A stretch of 64,000 nucleotides of DNA from Myxococcales bacterium (lineage in GTDB: Bacteria; Myxococcota_A; UBA9160; SMWR01), in the NCBI GenBank assembly GCA_022561775.1, contig JADFQO010000003.1, positions 4,304 to 68,303 on the forward strand, in the 5' to 3' direction. Position numbers and translations under genes: made by a program. The notes beneath the pieces are model-generated. The model worked only from the letters and a program-made list of their open reading frames with translations, did no database searches and had not been told where the DNA came from. This document shows, piece by piece, positions 1 to 9,842 of the stretch (position 1 is its first letter; each line of letters starts with the position of its first letter).

Positions 1-1189
1 CGAGGCCGTCGCGCAGCTCGCGCAACGCGGGCTCGACGGTCGGCTTCAGATGCTTCGCGACGGCCTTCGCATCGTAATCGACTTCCTCGACGACGAACCA
101 GCGCGACAGGCGGGCCATCTCCGACAGGGTCTTGCCGCGTTCGCGCTGCAGCTCCGCGAGCGCGGTGAGTTCGGCGTTGACGGGCACTTCGCGGCCAACC
201 TCGGCGGACAGAAAGGGCGCGAGCATTTCGGCCAGGCTCGACGCGGGAAGCTCCTTCAGGTAGTGCTGATTGAGCCACAGCAGCTTGTCACCATCCGCCC
301 GCGCGGCGGAGCGGTTCACCGCGGCGAGGTCGAAGAGCGCGCAGATTTCGTCGGACGAGAAGACCTCCTGGTCGCCGTGCGACCAACCAATGCGGATCAG
401 CCAGTTTCGCAGCGCTGGGGCCAGGTAGCCCTGTTCGCGGAAGTTCTGGACGGAGACCGGATCCCGCCGCTTGCTGAGTTTCTTGCCGCTGGCAGCGACG
501 ATCAGTGGAACGTGGGCAAACTCGGGGGGCTCCGCTTCCAGCGCGCGGTAGAGCGCGATCTGGAGCGGTGTGTTGGGGTGGTGGTCGGCGCCGCGGATCA
601 CGTGGGTGATTCCCATTGCGAGATCGTCCACCACCACGGCGAGGTGATAGAGCGGCTGCCCGTCGCTGCGCTGGATGATCCGGTCTCCGATCTCTGAGGC
701 GTCTTGGCCGCTCTTGCCGAAGACCAGGTCGTCCCAGCCGAGATCGCCGCTCTTGGGCAGCCGCAGGCGAACCGTGTGCGGCCCCACATCGGCGCCGAGG
801 TCGAGATCCCGGCAGCGCCGGTCGTAGGTCCACTTCTCGCCAGCCGCGATGGTCGCCTGGCGGCGCTCTTCGAGCTGCGCGGCCGTGCACACGCAGCGGT
901 AGGCGCTCCCGCTCGCGAGCAGGCGCTCGACCGCCGCTCGGTGGCGGTCCGCGAACGCGCTCTGGCGCAGCGGGCCCTCGTCCCAGTCGATTCCGAGCCA
1001 TTCGAGCCCCTCGATGACCGCGCGCTCGGATTCGGGGGTCGATCGATCGCGATCGGTGTCCTCGATGCGCAGCAGGAGCTTTCCGCCGTAGCGACGGGCG
1101 AACGCCCAGTTGAAGAGGGCGGTTCTCGCCGATCCCACGTGGAGGAAGCCCGTGGGGCTCGGCGCGAATCGGGTGCGGACCTCGGACAC
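1..1189 (-). CDS. gltX: Glutamate--tRNA ligase (3' end outside window)
   Basis: Hand translation of the reverse strand from GTG at 1189 gives MSEVRTRFAPSPTGFLHVGSARTALFNW (HIGH motif) and SGKKLSKR (KMSKS-like) near 465-490; absent from the ORF track because no stop lies in the window. Confidence 0.95.
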   Translation of the reverse strand, partial: MSEVRTRFAPSPTGFLHVGSARTALFNWAFARRYGGKLLLRIEDTDRDRSTPESERAVIEGLEWLGIDWDEGPLRQSAFADRHRAAVERLLASGSAYRCVCTAAQLEERRQATIAAGEKWTYDRRCRDLDLGADVGPHTVRLRLPKSGDLGWDDLVFGKSGQDASEIGDRIIQRSDGQPLYHLAVVVDDLAMGITHVIRGADHHPNTPLQIALYRALEAEPPEFAHVPLIVAASGKKLSKRRDPVSVQNFREQGYLAPALRNWLIRIGWSHGDQEVFSSDEICALFDLAAVNRSAARADGDKLLWLNQHYLKELPASSLAEMLAPFLSAEVGREVPVNAELTALAELQRERGKTLSEMARLSRWFVVEEVDYDAKAVAKHLKPTVEPALRELRDGL

Positions 1190-1336
1190 GGCGAGTCAGC
1201 ATACCGGAAGGCGTGTGGTTGCCTCGGAGAGTGCGCTTTGCTATTTCACCAGCCCACCCAAGCTACCGTTTTTGCTCACTTTCCATACTTCGGAGTGAGG
1301 CGCGCGGGCCGGCGCGAGCTTCGAGCGGTGCAGAGC

Positions 1337-1915
1337 ATGAAAATCCCGGTCAATCGACTGACAGAATCGCCGGCTTCGTTTTCGTTCCAAGGCGACGCTG
1401 CCTGGTGGCACTCGGCGCTCGCGACCGAGTCCGGCTTGCCGGGTGAACGCGCGGAAGCCGTCCGGTTGTTCTGTCAGGCCCAGCGGATCGGAGACGATAT
1501 CGGGCTCGAGGGCGGCGTCGACGGTGTCGTGGAACTCGAATGCGGGCGCTGCCTCGCGCGCTATCGTCACCGATTCAGCGAGGAGTTCCGTTTCGTCCTC
1601 GAACCGGCGGGAAACCGGGTGCCCGCGGATCCGGAAGGAGCTGCGGCGTTGTCTCGGGACGGTCTGTGTCTGGGTGACGAATTGGAGGCCGGCTGGTTTC
1701 AGGGCAGTGAGATCGATCTAGGGTCGATTTTCGTCGAGCTCGTATCGCTGGCGCTTCCCGTGAAGCCACTGTGTCGCGAAGATTGTCCGGGCCTGTGTGC
1801 CGGGTGTGGGGCGAATCTCGCCGTCGCGGGTTGCGGCTGCGGGGAAATAAAGTCGGATTCTCCGTTCGCGGTGCTCGCGGGAATCCGAGGCGATCTGGTC
1901 CGAGGAGACGACTGA
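1337..1915 (+). CDS. yceD: DUF177/YceD family protein
   Basis: CGRCL and [19 protein letters not shown] motifs, SPFAVL near the end; directly upstream of rpmF; ATG at 1337 chosen within ORF 704..1915. Confidence 0.9.
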   Translation: MKIPVNRLTESPASFSFQGDAAWWHSALATESGLPGERAEAVRLFCQAQRIGDDIGLEGGVDGVVELECGRCLARYRHRFSEEFRFVLEPAGNRVPADPEGAAALSRDGLCLGDELEAGWFQGSEIDLGSIFVELVSLALPVKPLCREDCPGLCAGCGANLAVAGCGCGEIKSDSPFAVLAGIRGDLVRGDD

Positions 1916-2097
1916 TGGCTGTTCCGAAGCGGCGTACGTCCAAGTCCAAGCGCAACAAGCGGCGGTCACACGACGCGATTGGGATCCCCGCGCGGAGCAC
2001 CTGTCCGCAATGTCGGGAGCCGAAGGCACCGCACCGCGTATGCCCGAACTGCGGCAACTACCGAGGCCGCGAAATCATCCGGACCGAAGAGGAGTAA
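1915..2097 (+). CDS. rpmF: 50S ribosomal protein L32
   Basis: [33 protein letters not shown]; TGATG overlap with yceD. Confidence 0.97.
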   Translation: MAVPKRRTSKSKRNKRRSHDAIGIPARSTCPQCREPKAPHRVCPNCGNYRGREIIRTEEE

Positions 2098-2105
2098 CGC
2101 GGCCC

Positions 2106-3062
2106 GTGCTCGCACTGCTCTTTCCCGGCCAGGGATCCCAGCAAGTCGGAATGGGATGCGAGTTTTATCACGCCTCGTCGGCTGCCAAGGAAACCTTTGA
2201 CGCCGCCGACGCTGCGTTGGGCTTTGCGCTTTCGAGGATCTGCTTCGAGGGACCCGACCAGGAATTGCTGCGGACCGAAGTTCAGCAGCCCGCGATTCTC
2301 ACCACCGGTATCGCGCTTTTGCGCGCATTTCGGGAGCGCAATCCGATCGCTCCGAATTTCGTCGCGGGCCATAGCCTCGGCGAATACACGGCGCTCGTAG
2401 CGAGTGGTGCTCTCGACTTCGAGGATGCCGTCCGGTTGGTACACGCGCGGGGGAGATTCATGCAGGAGGCGGTTCCGGAAGGGCGCGGCGCGATGGCGGC
2501 GGTTCTCGGCCTGGCTCCGAGCGATGTCGAGCGCGTTTGTGATGCCGCGTGCGCCGCGACGGGCGGCGTGGTCGCTCCCGCCAACTACAACTCGCCACAG
2601 CAGACGGTGATTTCGGGCGACGCGATGACCGTCGAATTGGCGTGCTCACGCGCGCTCGAGGAGGGTGCGAAGCGAACCATTCCGCTGGCTGTCTCCGCGC
2701 CTTTCCACTGCCCGTTGATGGCGCCCGCAGCGGAGAAGCTCGCGACGGAGTTGGGCCGCGTTCGGTTCTCCGAGGCCTCGCCGCCGGTCGTCACCAATGT
2801 CGAAGCGGAGCCCAACCGCGATCCCGAGCGGATGGCGGCGCTGCTGGAGACGCAGGTCACGGCCCCCGTGCGATTCGTGGAAATGATCGAGCGGTTGATG
2901 GCGTTGGGTGTGACGCACGTGCTCGAAGTGGGGACGGGGCGGGTGCTGAGCGGCCTGGTGGCGCGGATCTCACGTGAGCTGGAGCGTGGCTGGCTGTCGT
3001 CACTGGATGATTTTGCGGCTGCCGAGAGCTTCGCCCTCGCGTCCGCTGCCGAGCCAAGCTAA
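2106..3062 (+). CDS. fabD: Malonyl-CoA:ACP transacylase
   Basis: LFPGQGSQ, GHSLGEY, SAPFH motifs; start (GTG 2106) approximate. Confidence 0.95.
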   Translation: MLALLFPGQGSQQVGMGCEFYHASSAAKETFDAADAALGFALSRICFEGPDQELLRTEVQQPAILTTGIALLRAFRERNPIAPNFVAGHSLGEYTALVASGALDFEDAVRLVHARGRFMQEAVPEGRGAMAAVLGLAPSDVERVCDAACAATGGVVAPANYNSPQQTVISGDAMTVELACSRALEEGAKRTIPLAVSAPFHCPLMAPAAEKLATELGRVRFSEASPPVVTNVEAEPNRDPERMAALLETQVTAPVRFVEMIERLMALGVTHVLEVGTGRVLSGLVARISRELERGWLSSLDDFAAAESFALASAAEPS

Positions 3063-3086
3063 ACCGTTCATTCCGGAGGTGGGAAG

Positions 3087-3323
3087 ATGGGTCTGGAAGA
3101 CCGCGTTTCAGCGATCATCGTCGAACAGCTTGGCGTGTCGAAGGAAGAGCTCGCGCCGCAGGCCAGCTTCATCGATGATCTCGGTGCTGACTCGCTCGAT
3201 ATCGTCGAGCTCGTGATGGCGATCGAAGAAGAGTTCGACATCGAGATCCCCGACGACGACGCGGAGAAGATCCAGACGATTCAAGATGTGGTCAGCTACG
3301 TAAAGCGTAAGATCGGGGCCTGA
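3087..3323 (+). CDS. acpP: Acyl carrier protein
   Basis: [20 protein letters not shown]; GGAGG RBS. Confidence 0.97.
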   Translation: MGLEDRVSAIIVEQLGVSKEELAPQASFIDDLGADSLDIVELVMAIEEEFDIEIPDDDAEKIQTIQDVVSYVKRKIGA

Positions 3324-3327
3324 CGGG

Positions 3328-4581
3328 ATGCCCCGCCCCCCCACCGGTCGACGGGTCGTCATTACGGGTTTCGGTTGCGTGAGCCCGCTCGGAGTGACCG
3401 CGGACGAAACCTGGAACGCCGCGATCGCGGGCCGATCCGGTGTCGGCGCGATCCAGCGATTCGACACTTCCGAATTTCCGGTCAGAATCGCCGCCCAGGC
3501 TCCGGACGATTTCGATTTCGGCAACCTGCCCGCCAAAGAGGCACGTCGTCTCGACCGCTTCACATTACTGGCCCTGGCAGCCGCGCGTGAGGCGATGCGG
3601 GATGCGGGCCTGGATCTCGGGAGCGCGGAGAGCGAGCGCTGTGGAGTGGCGATCGGCTCGGGGATTGGCGGACTCGGGCTCCTCTCCGAGTCCATCGCGA
3701 TGCTGAAGACATCCGGCCCGCGTCGGGTATCCCCGTTCACGATTCCGATGTCGATCTGCAACATGGCGAGCGGCTACGTGGCGATCCAGCACCGCTTGCG
3801 CGGACCCAATCTCTGCCAGACAGCGGCGTGCGCGTCGGGTGCTCATTCCATCGGTGGGGCCGCTCGCGCCATCGAGCGCGGCGATGCGGACGTGATGCTC
3901 GCGGGTGGAGCCGAAGCTCCGATCACCGAACTCGCCCTCGCGGGATTCGCGAGCATGAAGGCGCTTTCGACGCGCAACGAAAGCCCCGCCACCGCGAGTC
4001 GCCCATTCGACGCCGATCGCGACGGCTTCGTGATCGGGGAGGGCGCCGCGGTTCTGGTCCTCGAAGACCTGGAGGGCGCGCGCGCGCGCGGTGCCAACAT
4101 CCAGGCCCACCTTCTCGGCTACGGGATGACATCCGATGCCACCGCGATCGCACAACCGACCGAGGATGGCGAAGGCGCCCAGCGGTGTATGAGTCTCGCG
4201 ATTGCAGACGCGAGCTTGAATCCGAGCGATGTCGATCATTTGAACGCCCATGCGACCAGCACGCTACAGGGTGATCCCTCCGAGGCGCGCGCGATTCGGG
4301 CGGTGTTTGGCGAGCACACCAAACGGCTGTCGGTGTCGGCGACGAAGTCGATGACCGGGCACCTGCTCGGTGCGGCCGGGGCCGTCGAGGCACTCCTGTG
4401 TGTGAGGGCGCTGCAGACCGGAATCCTACCGCCAACCATCAATCTGGACCGACCGGATTCCGAATGCGAACTCGATCATGTGGCCAACAAGGCCCGCGAG
4501 ACTCACATCAGAGTTGCGCTTTCGAACTCTTTCGGCTTCGGTGGAACCAACGCGACGCTGGTCTTCGGGCGAGCGGAATAA
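3328..4581 (+). CDS. fabF: Beta-ketoacyl-ACP synthase II
   Basis: RRVVITG, ACASG, NAHATST, KSMTGHLLGAAG, NSFGFGGTN (Cys-His-His triad). Confidence 0.95.
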   Translation: MPRPPTGRRVVITGFGCVSPLGVTADETWNAAIAGRSGVGAIQRFDTSEFPVRIAAQAPDDFDFGNLPAKEARRLDRFTLLALAAAREAMRDAGLDLGSAESERCGVAIGSGIGGLGLLSESIAMLKTSGPRRVSPFTIPMSICNMASGYVAIQHRLRGPNLCQTAACASGAHSIGGAARAIERGDADVMLAGGAEAPITELALAGFASMKALSTRNESPATASRPFDADRDGFVIGEGAAVLVLEDLEGARARGANIQAHLLGYGMTSDATAIAQPTEDGEGAQRCMSLAIADASLNPSDVDHLNAHATSTLQGDPSEARAIRAVFGEHTKRLSVSATKSMTGHLLGAAGAVEALLCVRALQTGILPPTINLDRPDSECELDHVANKARETHIRVALSNSFGFGGTNATLVFGRAE

Positions 4582-4752
4582 CGACGAGAGGCCACCGCTC
4601 CCAGCGGAGTGGTCGCCGACTCAGCGCGGGCGCTGCGCGGGCGAAGGCCCTCAAAAATTGGCAAACTGGACCCGTCGGCGACGGTGCCTGCCACTCCGGG
4701 GTGACCGGGATCACGGGTTCGGGATCGGATATTCGAGCGGGAGAGCGGAGCG

Positions 4753-6495
4753 ATGAGCAAATTGATCGTGATGGCGAGCGACCACCGCGGTGCCAACCTG
4801 AAGGTCGAGCTGAGCAAACGACTCGAGGCCAGTGGCTACACGATTCGCGATTACGGAACCCACGGCGCGGACTCCGTCGACTATCCGGTATTCGCGGCGC
4901 CTGCTGCGCGTGCGGTCTCGAGCGGAGATGCCGAGCGCGGGATCGTGATCTGCGGCAGCGGTTTGGGGGTGATGTACACCGCGAACCGATTTCCCCGGGT
5001 GCGAGCCGCGCTGGTTCACGACGTGGACACGGCGAAGCTCGCGCGCCGGCACAACGACACCAATGTTCTAGCGCTTTCGGCGGACCGCCTCGACCCAGCC
5101 CGAGCCTGGGCGATCGTAGAAGCGTGGTTGGAAGAGCCCTTCGAGGGGGGCCGCCACGCGAAGAGGATTGAGTTGATCGATTCACTGACGGATCCGAATG
5201 TCAGCGACGGTTTCAGCAACCCGGCTTCGCCGGGAATGACCCGAACCCTCGCCGAGGCGGATCCGGAGATCGCGAAGTTCGTCGCCCTGGAGGCCCGCCG
5301 GCAGGCGCTGTCGCTGGAACTCATCGCGTCGGAGAACTTCGTTTCGGAGCCCGTCCTCGAGGCGGCTGGCTCGGTGTTGACGAACAAATACGCCGAGGGT
5401 TACCCGGGCCGTCGCTACTACGGTGGATGTGAGCAGGTCGACGAAGTCGAGAACCTCGCGATTTCGCGCGCGAAGGAGCTCTTTGGCGCCGACCACGTCA
5501 ACGTGCAGCCGCACTCGGGATCCCAGGCCAACGAGGCCGTTTACCGCGCCGTGCTCGACGTCGGAGATACCGTGCTCGCGATGAATCTCGATCACGGTGG
5601 CCACCTCACCCACGGCAGCCCCGTCAATTTCTCGGGAAAGCTCTACAAGATCATCCCCTACGGCGTTCGCGAGGAAGACGAGCGCATCGACTACGATGAA
5701 GTGCGTCGGCTCGCGAAAGAACATCAGCCCAAGCTGATCCAGTGCGGCGCCACCGCCTATTCGCGCATGATCGACTTTGCGGCGTTTCGATCCATCGCGG
5801 ACGAAGTCGGCGCGATCTTGTTCGCGGACATCGCGCACATCGCGGGTCTCGTCGCGACCGGTTTGCATCCGAGCCCGGCCGGTCATGCCCAGATCTTCAC
5901 GACGACCACCCACAAGACCCTGCGCGGGCCTCGGGGGGGGTTGATTCTCTGCGACGCCGAGTACGCAAAGAAGGTCGACAGCGCGGTCTTTCCGGGTGGT
6001 CAGGGAGGGCCCCTGATGCACGTGATCGCCGCCAAGGCGGTTGCTTTTCGAGAGGCCCTGCAACCCTCTTTCAAACGCTACTGCGAGCAGGTCGTCAAGA
6101 ACGCGCGAGCGCTCGCCGAGTCGATTGCAAACAGAGGCTTCAAGATCGTTGCTGGGGGTACAGACAACCACCTCTTCCTGTTGTCGCTGGTTGGGCGGGA
6201 TACCACCGGCAAGGCGGCGCAGATTGCGCTCGAGCGGGCCGGTATCACCGCCAACAAGAACATGGTTCCGTTCGACCCCCGCAAGCCGATGGTGACATCG
6301 GGAATCCGCATCGGAACGCCGGCGGTCACCAGCCGCGGTATGCGCGAGTCGGAGATGGTGGAAATCGGCGGCCTGATCGTTCGGGCTCTCGAGCGGCCTG
6401 GTGACGTCGAGACGCTCGACGCGGTACACGTCGACGTAGAGGCGCTGTGTCGACGCTTCCCCTTGTACCCGGGTCGCTGGAACGACTCCGCCTGA
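4753..6495 (+). CDS. glyA: Fused ribose-5-phosphate isomerase B / serine hydroxymethyltransferase
   Basis: N-terminal RpiB motifs [28 protein letters not shown], then in frame without a stop [38 protein letters not shown]. Confidence 0.93.
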   Translation: MSKLIVMASDHRGANLKVELSKRLEASGYTIRDYGTHGADSVDYPVFAAPAARAVSSGDAERGIVICGSGLGVMYTANRFPRVRAALVHDVDTAKLARRHNDTNVLALSADRLDPARAWAIVEAWLEEPFEGGRHAKRIELIDSLTDPNVSDGFSNPASPGMTRTLAEADPEIAKFVALEARRQALSLELIASENFVSEPVLEAAGSVLTNKYAEGYPGRRYYGGCEQVDEVENLAISRAKELFGADHVNVQPHSGSQANEAVYRAVLDVGDTVLAMNLDHGGHLTHGSPVNFSGKLYKIIPYGVREEDERIDYDEVRRLAKEHQPKLIQCGATAYSRMIDFAAFRSIADEVGAILFADIAHIAGLVATGLHPSPAGHAQIFTTTTHKTLRGPRGGLILCDAEYAKKVDSAVFPGGQGGPLMHVIAAKAVAFREALQPSFKRYCEQVVKNARALAESIANRGFKIVAGGTDNHLFLLSLVGRDTTGKAAQIALERAGITANKNMVPFDPRKPMVTSGIRIGTPAVTSRGMRESEMVEIGGLIVRALERPGDVETLDAVHVDVEALCRRFPLYPGRWNDSA

Positions 6496-6498
6496 GCC

Positions 6499-6954
6499 GT
6501 GCGCTGTCCGTATTGTTCCGACTCAGCAAACCGGGTGATCGACTCGCGCCTGGGCCGAGACGGCAACGAGATCCGCCGTCGCCGAGAGTGCCTCGAGTGC
6601 GAACGTCGATTCACAACTCGTGAGCGCGTCGAAGAAGTCTTTCCGAAGGTCGTCAAGCGCGACGAGCGACGCGAGGATTACCAGCGCCAGAAGCTGCTGA
6701 CGGCTGTGCAGAAAGCCTGCGAGAAGCGACCCGTCAGCGCATCGGCGCTCGGCCAACTCGTCGATCGCGTCGAGCGACACGTGCAGGAACTCGGCGAAAA
6801 AGAAGTGACGAGCGGACTGATCGGCCAACGAATGATGGAAGAACTCGTCGGCCTCGACCATCTTGCAGCGGCGCGCTTCGCGTCGGTCTTCCTCGATTTT
6901 CAGGGCGCCGAAGACTACCGCCGATTCTTCGAATCGATCGAGCACCCGCGATGA
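6499..6954 (+). CDS. nrdR: Transcriptional repressor NrdR
   Basis: MRCPYC..VIDSR..IRRRRECLECERRFTT plus ATP-cone. Confidence 0.96.
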   Translation: MRCPYCSDSANRVIDSRLGRDGNEIRRRRECLECERRFTTRERVEEVFPKVVKRDERREDYQRQKLLTAVQKACEKRPVSASALGQLVDRVERHVQELGEKEVTSGLIGQRMMEELVGLDHLAAARFASVFLDFQGAEDYRRFFESIEHPR

Positions 6955-8099
6955 CGCCCGAAGCGGCGATGAAGGTCGCCCTGAGCGCAGCGCGCCGGGT
7001 AGCGGGGAGCACGTATCCGAATCCTTCGGTCGGCGCCGCGGTGTTTCGCGGCGATCGCTTATTGGGTCGCGGAGCAACGCGGCCGGCCGGCGGGCCACAC
7101 GCTGAGATCGTTGCTCTGGTACGCGCGAAGCGCCGCTTTGGCATCAACAGCCTGCGCGGTGCGTCGCTCGCGGTCACGCTCGAACCCTGCAACCGGGTGG
7201 GGCGCACGGGCCCCTGTACGGACGCGATCCTGGAGGCGGGTATCCGCCGCGTATTCGTCGGCCATCGAGATCCCCACCCGGCCGGTTCGGGGGCGGGCGT
7301 CCGTCGCTTGCGGCGCGCGGGAATCGAAGTCCAGCTCGGCGTGCTCGAGGAAGCCTGCCGCGAGCAGCACCGCGGTTTTTCGATGGTGTGCGCGCTCGGG
7401 AGGCCGTTTGTGATGCTCAAGCTGGCCAGCTCGCTGGACGGTCGGATCGCGACTGCGAGCGGCGAGTCGCGCTGGGTCACCGGGCCCGACGCGAGGGCCA
7501 AGGGGCACCTGCTGCGCTCCCGAGTGGATGCGATTGTCATTGGGTCGGGGACGGCTCTCGCGGACGACCCGGAACTCACCGCTCGTCGGGGTGGGCGCGT
7601 CGTTCGCCGGCCCATCCGGGTTCTGGTCGACTCCACGCTGCGCGTGCCGCCGAGCGCGAAACTCTATCGTGAGGGCGCCAATCGAACCTGGGTGTTGTGT
7701 GGCTCGAGGGCCGGGGCGCGTCGTCGCAGGGTTCTGGAGGACCTCGGTGCGCGATTGCTCGAGACGCCGACGCGCGCAGGGAAGTTGGACCTGAAGCGCG
7801 CCGCCGCGAGGTTGGCCCGCGAGGGCCTCACCGAGATTCTCGTCGAGGGAGGCGGAAGCCTCGCGGCTGCGCTGTTGCGGGCTCGCCTGGTCGACGAACT
7901 CCATTGGTTCGTTGCGCCCCGGGTGTTGGGGGGCGATGGACGACCTTCGATCGCGGATCTGGGTCTGAGGTCGCTCGTCGAGTCCCCGCTGCTGAACGGG
8001 CGCTTGGGGCGTGCGGGCTGCGATCTGTACATTCGCGGTCCCGTCGAATACCCGGCGAGCCGTGGCAGACGCGCCAGAAGCCGAGGAGCGAGTCGGTGA
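6951..8099 (+). CDS. ribD: Riboflavin biosynthesis deaminase/reductase
   Basis: PNPSVG, HAE, TLEPC..GPC, LKLASSLDGRIA, VEGG. Confidence 0.95.
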   Translation: MTPEAAMKVALSAARRVAGSTYPNPSVGAAVFRGDRLLGRGATRPAGGPHAEIVALVRAKRRFGINSLRGASLAVTLEPCNRVGRTGPCTDAILEAGIRRVFVGHRDPHPAGSGAGVRRLRRAGIEVQLGVLEEACREQHRGFSMVCALGRPFVMLKLASSLDGRIATASGESRWVTGPDARAKGHLLRSRVDAIVIGSGTALADDPELTARRGGRVVRRPIRVLVDSTLRVPPSAKLYREGANRTWVLCGSRAGARRRRVLEDLGARLLETPTRAGKLDLKRAAARLAREGLTEILVEGGGSLAAALLRARLVDELHWFVAPRVLGGDGRPSIADLGLRSLVESPLLNGRLGRAGCDLYIRGPVEYPASRGRRARSRGASR

Positions 8100-8581
8100 A
8101 TACCTACGAGCGTTCTGAAGATGCGAGCGGCCTGCGCTTCGCGATCGTGGTCTCGCGTTTCAACCCGCTGATTGCGGAGAAACTGCTCGACGCGTGTTCG
8201 GCGGAGTTGATCCGCTGCGGCGCGCGTCGGGAAGATATCGATGTTGCGTGGGTGCCCGGCGCGTTCGAGATTCCGATCGCCGCCCGCGCGTTGGCGTCGA
8301 GCGGTCGCTACCACGCTCTGGTAACACTGGGATTGGTGATTCGCGGCGAGACCCCCCATTTCGACTACATCTGTCGGGGCGTCACCGATGGGCTGCGGGA
8401 AGTCATGCGAGACACCTCGGTGCCCGTCGGATTCGGCGTGCTGACCACGGATGATGTCGGCCAGGCACTCGCGAGGGCCGGCGGAGAACACGGCAACAAG
8501 GGTGAAGAAGCCGCGCGGACGGCGATCGAGATGGCCCGTTTGATGACCCGTCTGGGGAAAGCACCCGGGGTGGACACGTGA
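8096..8581 (+). CDS. ribH: 6,7-dimethyl-8-ribityllumazine synthase
   Basis: IVVSRFN, VPGAFEIP, IRGETPHFDYI, GNKG; GTGA overlap with ribD stop. Confidence 0.96.
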   Translation: MNTYERSEDASGLRFAIVVSRFNPLIAEKLLDACSAELIRCGARREDIDVAWVPGAFEIPIAARALASSGRYHALVTLGLVIRGETPHFDYICRGVTDGLREVMRDTSVPVGFGVLTTDDVGQALARAGGEHGNKGEEAARTAIEMARLMTRLGKAPGVDT

Positions 8582-9069
8582 GTCGATCGGACCGCGCCCC
8601 GCGCCAACGCTCCCGCCAGGTTGCGCTGCAAGCGCTCTTCGCGTGCGATTTCGCCAACCAGCAGCAGGCCGGTGGAGAGATCGGTATCGAGGAGCTCTTC
8701 GAGCGGGTCGCGCAGAACTTCGATCTTCCGGCGGGCGCTCGCGATTTCGCGCTGAAGCTCGTCTGCGGTACGACCTCCGAGCTCTCGAATATCGACGACC
8801 TGCTGGCCGCGAACGCCACCAACTGGAAAATCTCCCGGATGGCGGTGGTCGATCGCAATGTTCTTCGGCTCGGCATTTACGAGTTGACCCAAACCGACAC
8901 GCCGGTGTCCGTGATTCTCGACGAGGCGATACAGCTCGCGAGGCGCTTTGGCGGCGAGTCCTCGCCGGGCTTCGTGAACGGCGTGCTCGACGCCGTCGCG
9001 AAGCAGGTTGGAAAGCGCTTGGAGCCCGACGCGGAGGCCAGCCGGGAATCGGGTCGGGGGGTCGGCTGA
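8578..9069 (+). CDS. nusB: Transcription antitermination factor NusB
   Basis: RQRSRQVALQALF, NWKISRMAVVDRNVLRL, FVNGVLD. Confidence 0.96.
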   Translation: MSRSDRAPRQRSRQVALQALFACDFANQQQAGGEIGIEELFERVAQNFDLPAGARDFALKLVCGTTSELSNIDDLLAANATNWKISRMAVVDRNVLRLGIYELTQTDTPVSVILDEAIQLARRFGGESSPGFVNGVLDAVAKQVGKRLEPDAEASRESGRGVG

Positions 9070-9686
9070 TGGCGTCGATCGTCGTCGAACTCGACGACAA
9101 ACCGCTCGAGCGGGTTCCCGCCGACCTGGTGGTGGTCGGCTTTTCGCCCGACGATCGACCGCTGCGAGGCAGTGCCGGTCGCGCCGACTGGCGGCTTTGC
9201 GGTGATCTCTGGGGGCTCGTCACTTCGCGGAAATTCAACGGGACGCTCGGGCAAGCGGCGCTGCTCTCGGCCGCGGGGTCGTTGCGATCCCCTCTGCTGC
9301 TGGTTCTCGGCCTCGGCCACCGGGCTGAGCTCGTCGTCGATACCTGGCGCGAGCTGGGTCGCGACGTTGTCCGGCGCGCGCTCGACCTACGGGTGAATCG
9401 CGCCGTCTTGGGGCTCGTATCCGACGCGGCAAACCTCGGGCCCGAGGGCACCCGCGCGCTGTTCGGCGGCGCCGCCGTCGCCGCCGCCGAGCGCCGCGCC
9501 GAACTCCGTGTCGCGATTGTGGGTGAGGGGGCGTTGGCGAGAGTTTCTGAACTGCGATCGCTTGCCAAGGCCGGGCTGCCCGCCGGGGCGAGCCTGAGGC
9601 TGCCAGAGGCCCCCGAAAAGCCCACTAAATTTCCACCCATTAAAGCGGGTGATTTTACCTACAATCAGGGTCTTCGGTTTAAGTAA
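9069..9686 (+). CDS. Stand-alone M17 peptidase N-terminal-domain-like protein
   Basis: DDRPLRGSAGRADWRLCG..F.G.LG..LL..LLVLGLG pattern; no catalytic M17 domain. Confidence 0.7.
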   Translation: MASIVVELDDKPLERVPADLVVVGFSPDDRPLRGSAGRADWRLCGDLWGLVTSRKFNGTLGQAALLSAAGSLRSPLLLVLGLGHRAELVVDTWRELGRDVVRRALDLRVNRAVLGLVSDAANLGPEGTRALFGGAAVAAAERRAELRVAIVGEGALARVSELRSLAKAGLPAGASLRLPEAPEKPTKFPPIKAGDFTYNQGLRFK

Positions 9687-9705
9687 GTCCTCGGCTCGCC
9701 GATTC
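9679..9705 (+). promoter_or_regulatory. Putative sigma28/FliA-like promoter
   Basis: TTAA-N15-GCCGATTC upstream of the DUF4388 gene. Confidence 0.5.
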
Positions 9706-9842
9706 TTCTAGGCGGTAAGCCGAAGTGCGGAGAGCCGTCGGTCTCGCGGCGCCGAAATCGGGTCGACCCGAGGGTCACGCGATTGGCGGGTTTCTTCGTC
9801 TCTGGTGCGAGTTGATCGCGCGAGTGGCTGCGGAGTCGCCAG

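Noticed and set aside
50-1202. Listed ORFs 50..697, 288..1202 and the 5' part of 704..1915
   Set aside because: They overlap the real gltX frame
4582-4752. Structured-looking intergenic region before rpiB-glyA as a ZTP, glycine or c-di-GMP riboswitch
   Set aside because: Has GGCAAAC and short stems but not the conserved cores of those families; a covariance-model search would be needed
7664-9640. 658-aa minus-strand ORF
   Set aside because: Antisense shadow of ribD-ribH-nusB in GC-rich DNA; no recognisable motifs
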